A stretch of DNA of 37,887 nucleotides. It comes from a virus. Its lineage: Duplodnaviria > Caudoviricetes. Under the pieces are notes generated by a model. That model worked only from the letters and a program-made list of their open reading frames with translations, was not told the origin of the DNA and searched no databases. Made by a program: the position numbers and the translations under genes. The stretch is taken from IMG/VR virus record IMGVR_UViG_3300024279_000012, positions 1 through 37,887 of that record. The stretch is one strand, 5' to 3'. Shown here in pieces: positions 37,109-37,887 of the stretch; positions within the stretch are counted from its first letter, which is position 1, and the number at the start of each line of letters is the position of its first letter.

Positions 37109-37274
37109 GCAGACGAATGAGACAACCGGTGATTTTCTAGCGTGTCATCCGGGAGATACAAAAGTGGGCACTACCTGCATTCTGAGAATCGAAGGGTCCT
37201 ACGGGTTTTGGAGTATCCACGTATGTGGCCACCAGCTAGAAAAGGTTTACATTCCATTCGGGCACATCGTCTGC
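37109..37274 (+). ncRNA. Rod-shaped structured RNA or long 5' leader candidate
   Basis: Nested pairs 37109-16/37267-74, 37133-41/37235-43, 37155-59/37213-17, 37164-68/37198-202. Confidence 0.45.
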
Positions 37275-37304
37275 GCTTAATCGTCATAACAAGAAGTCAA
37301 TAAC

Positions 37305-37887
37305 ATGAAGAAACTTGTAGTCGGGGCATTGCTGGCCGCGCCGTTGGTGGCTCAGGCAGTGGGATTTGAGGCAGAACTGGGCGGCGCCAGCTTTACCGAC
37401 CGTGGCGACGGCTTCTGGTATCAGGAGGCGTTTCCCTATGATCTTCGGCTCAAAACGCCGGTGATCAGCGCCGGGATTCGCCAGGATCTCTACCAGGCCG
37501 GGCAATATGGCGTGGCGTTGCATGCGAGCTACGTTTATATGGGCAAAGTGCATACCGAAGCCTTAGCCGTGGCGGACGACGCGAATTACAACATCCAGAC
37601 CAAAGCCTGCAATGGCGAATGCCTGCCGCTGGCCAAATGGCACGGCACTGGGTTCAGCCACGGGCTGCGCCTGACGCTGGAGCCATACGCCTATGTCTAC
37701 GGCTGGCGCGTGGGCATCGAGGCCGGGTACTACATTTCCAAGAACTTCTGGAAGATGGAAATCCACGACTGGCAACCGTCGCGCAACGTGGCGCCGCAGA
37801 ATCTGACGGTCTACGACGACGGGAGCTGGCGCGCGTACCCCACGTTCGGGGTATCCATCGGGCGCGGGAATTTCGATGGGTGCTGCG
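37305..37887 (+). CDS. Outer-membrane beta-barrel protein, N-terminal part (225 aa total, ending at 231)
   Basis: Signal peptide MKKLVVGALLAAPLVAQA; amphipathic strands rich in Tyr/Trp/Gly; missing from ORF track because it crosses the junction. Confidence 0.85.
   Translation, partial: MKKLVVGALLAAPLVAQAVGFEAELGGASFTDRGDGFWYQEAFPYDLRLKTPVISAGIRQDLYQAGQYGVALHASYVYMGKVHTEALAVADDANYNIQTKACNGECLPLAKWHGTGFSHGLRLTLEPYAYVYGWRVGIEAGYYISKNFWKMEIHDWQPSRNVAPQNLTVYDDGSWRAYPTFGVSIGRGNFDGCC
37752..37887. repeat. Terminal direct repeat, right copy
   Basis: Matches 1-137 with one small indel/substitution close to the contig end. Confidence 0.95.

Noticed and set aside
37870-37887. Frameshift in the right copy of the terminal repeat
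   Set aside because: Lies at the extreme contig end; most likely a sequencing or assembly error rather than phase variation
1-37887. tRNA genes, CRISPR arrays, DGR or retron
   Set aside because: No cloverleaf, repeat-spacer array or reverse transcriptase motifs recognised by eye

Overview
This window appears to be a complete ~37.75 kb circularly assembled genome of a P22/Sf6-style podophage; a betaproteobacterial host is an inference from GC content and gene style. Positions 1-137 reappear at 37752-37887. The rightward arm carries replication genes with a lambda-like ori, a RuvC-like resolvase, small basic proteins, a ~570 nt non-coding highly structured region, terS/terL, a head-spike pair, portal, scaffold, capsid, tail and ejection proteins, a tail fibre and lysis genes. 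The leftward arm carries ERF and Ref-type recombination genes and mosaic accessory genes. Three free-standing HNH homing endonucleases are present. No integrase, CI repressor, Par system or spanin could be recognised. Best candidates for new biology: (1) a giant pseudoknotted ncRNA directly upstream of terS; (2) a repeat-flanked TGT/DpdA-like plus QueF-like cassette, a possible minimal 7-deazaguanine modification system; (3) an outer-membrane beta-barrel gene and a rod-shaped RNA where cI would normally sit; (4) a head-spike base paired with an SGNH esterase fibre. All family assignments come from motif recognition by eye, not database searches.
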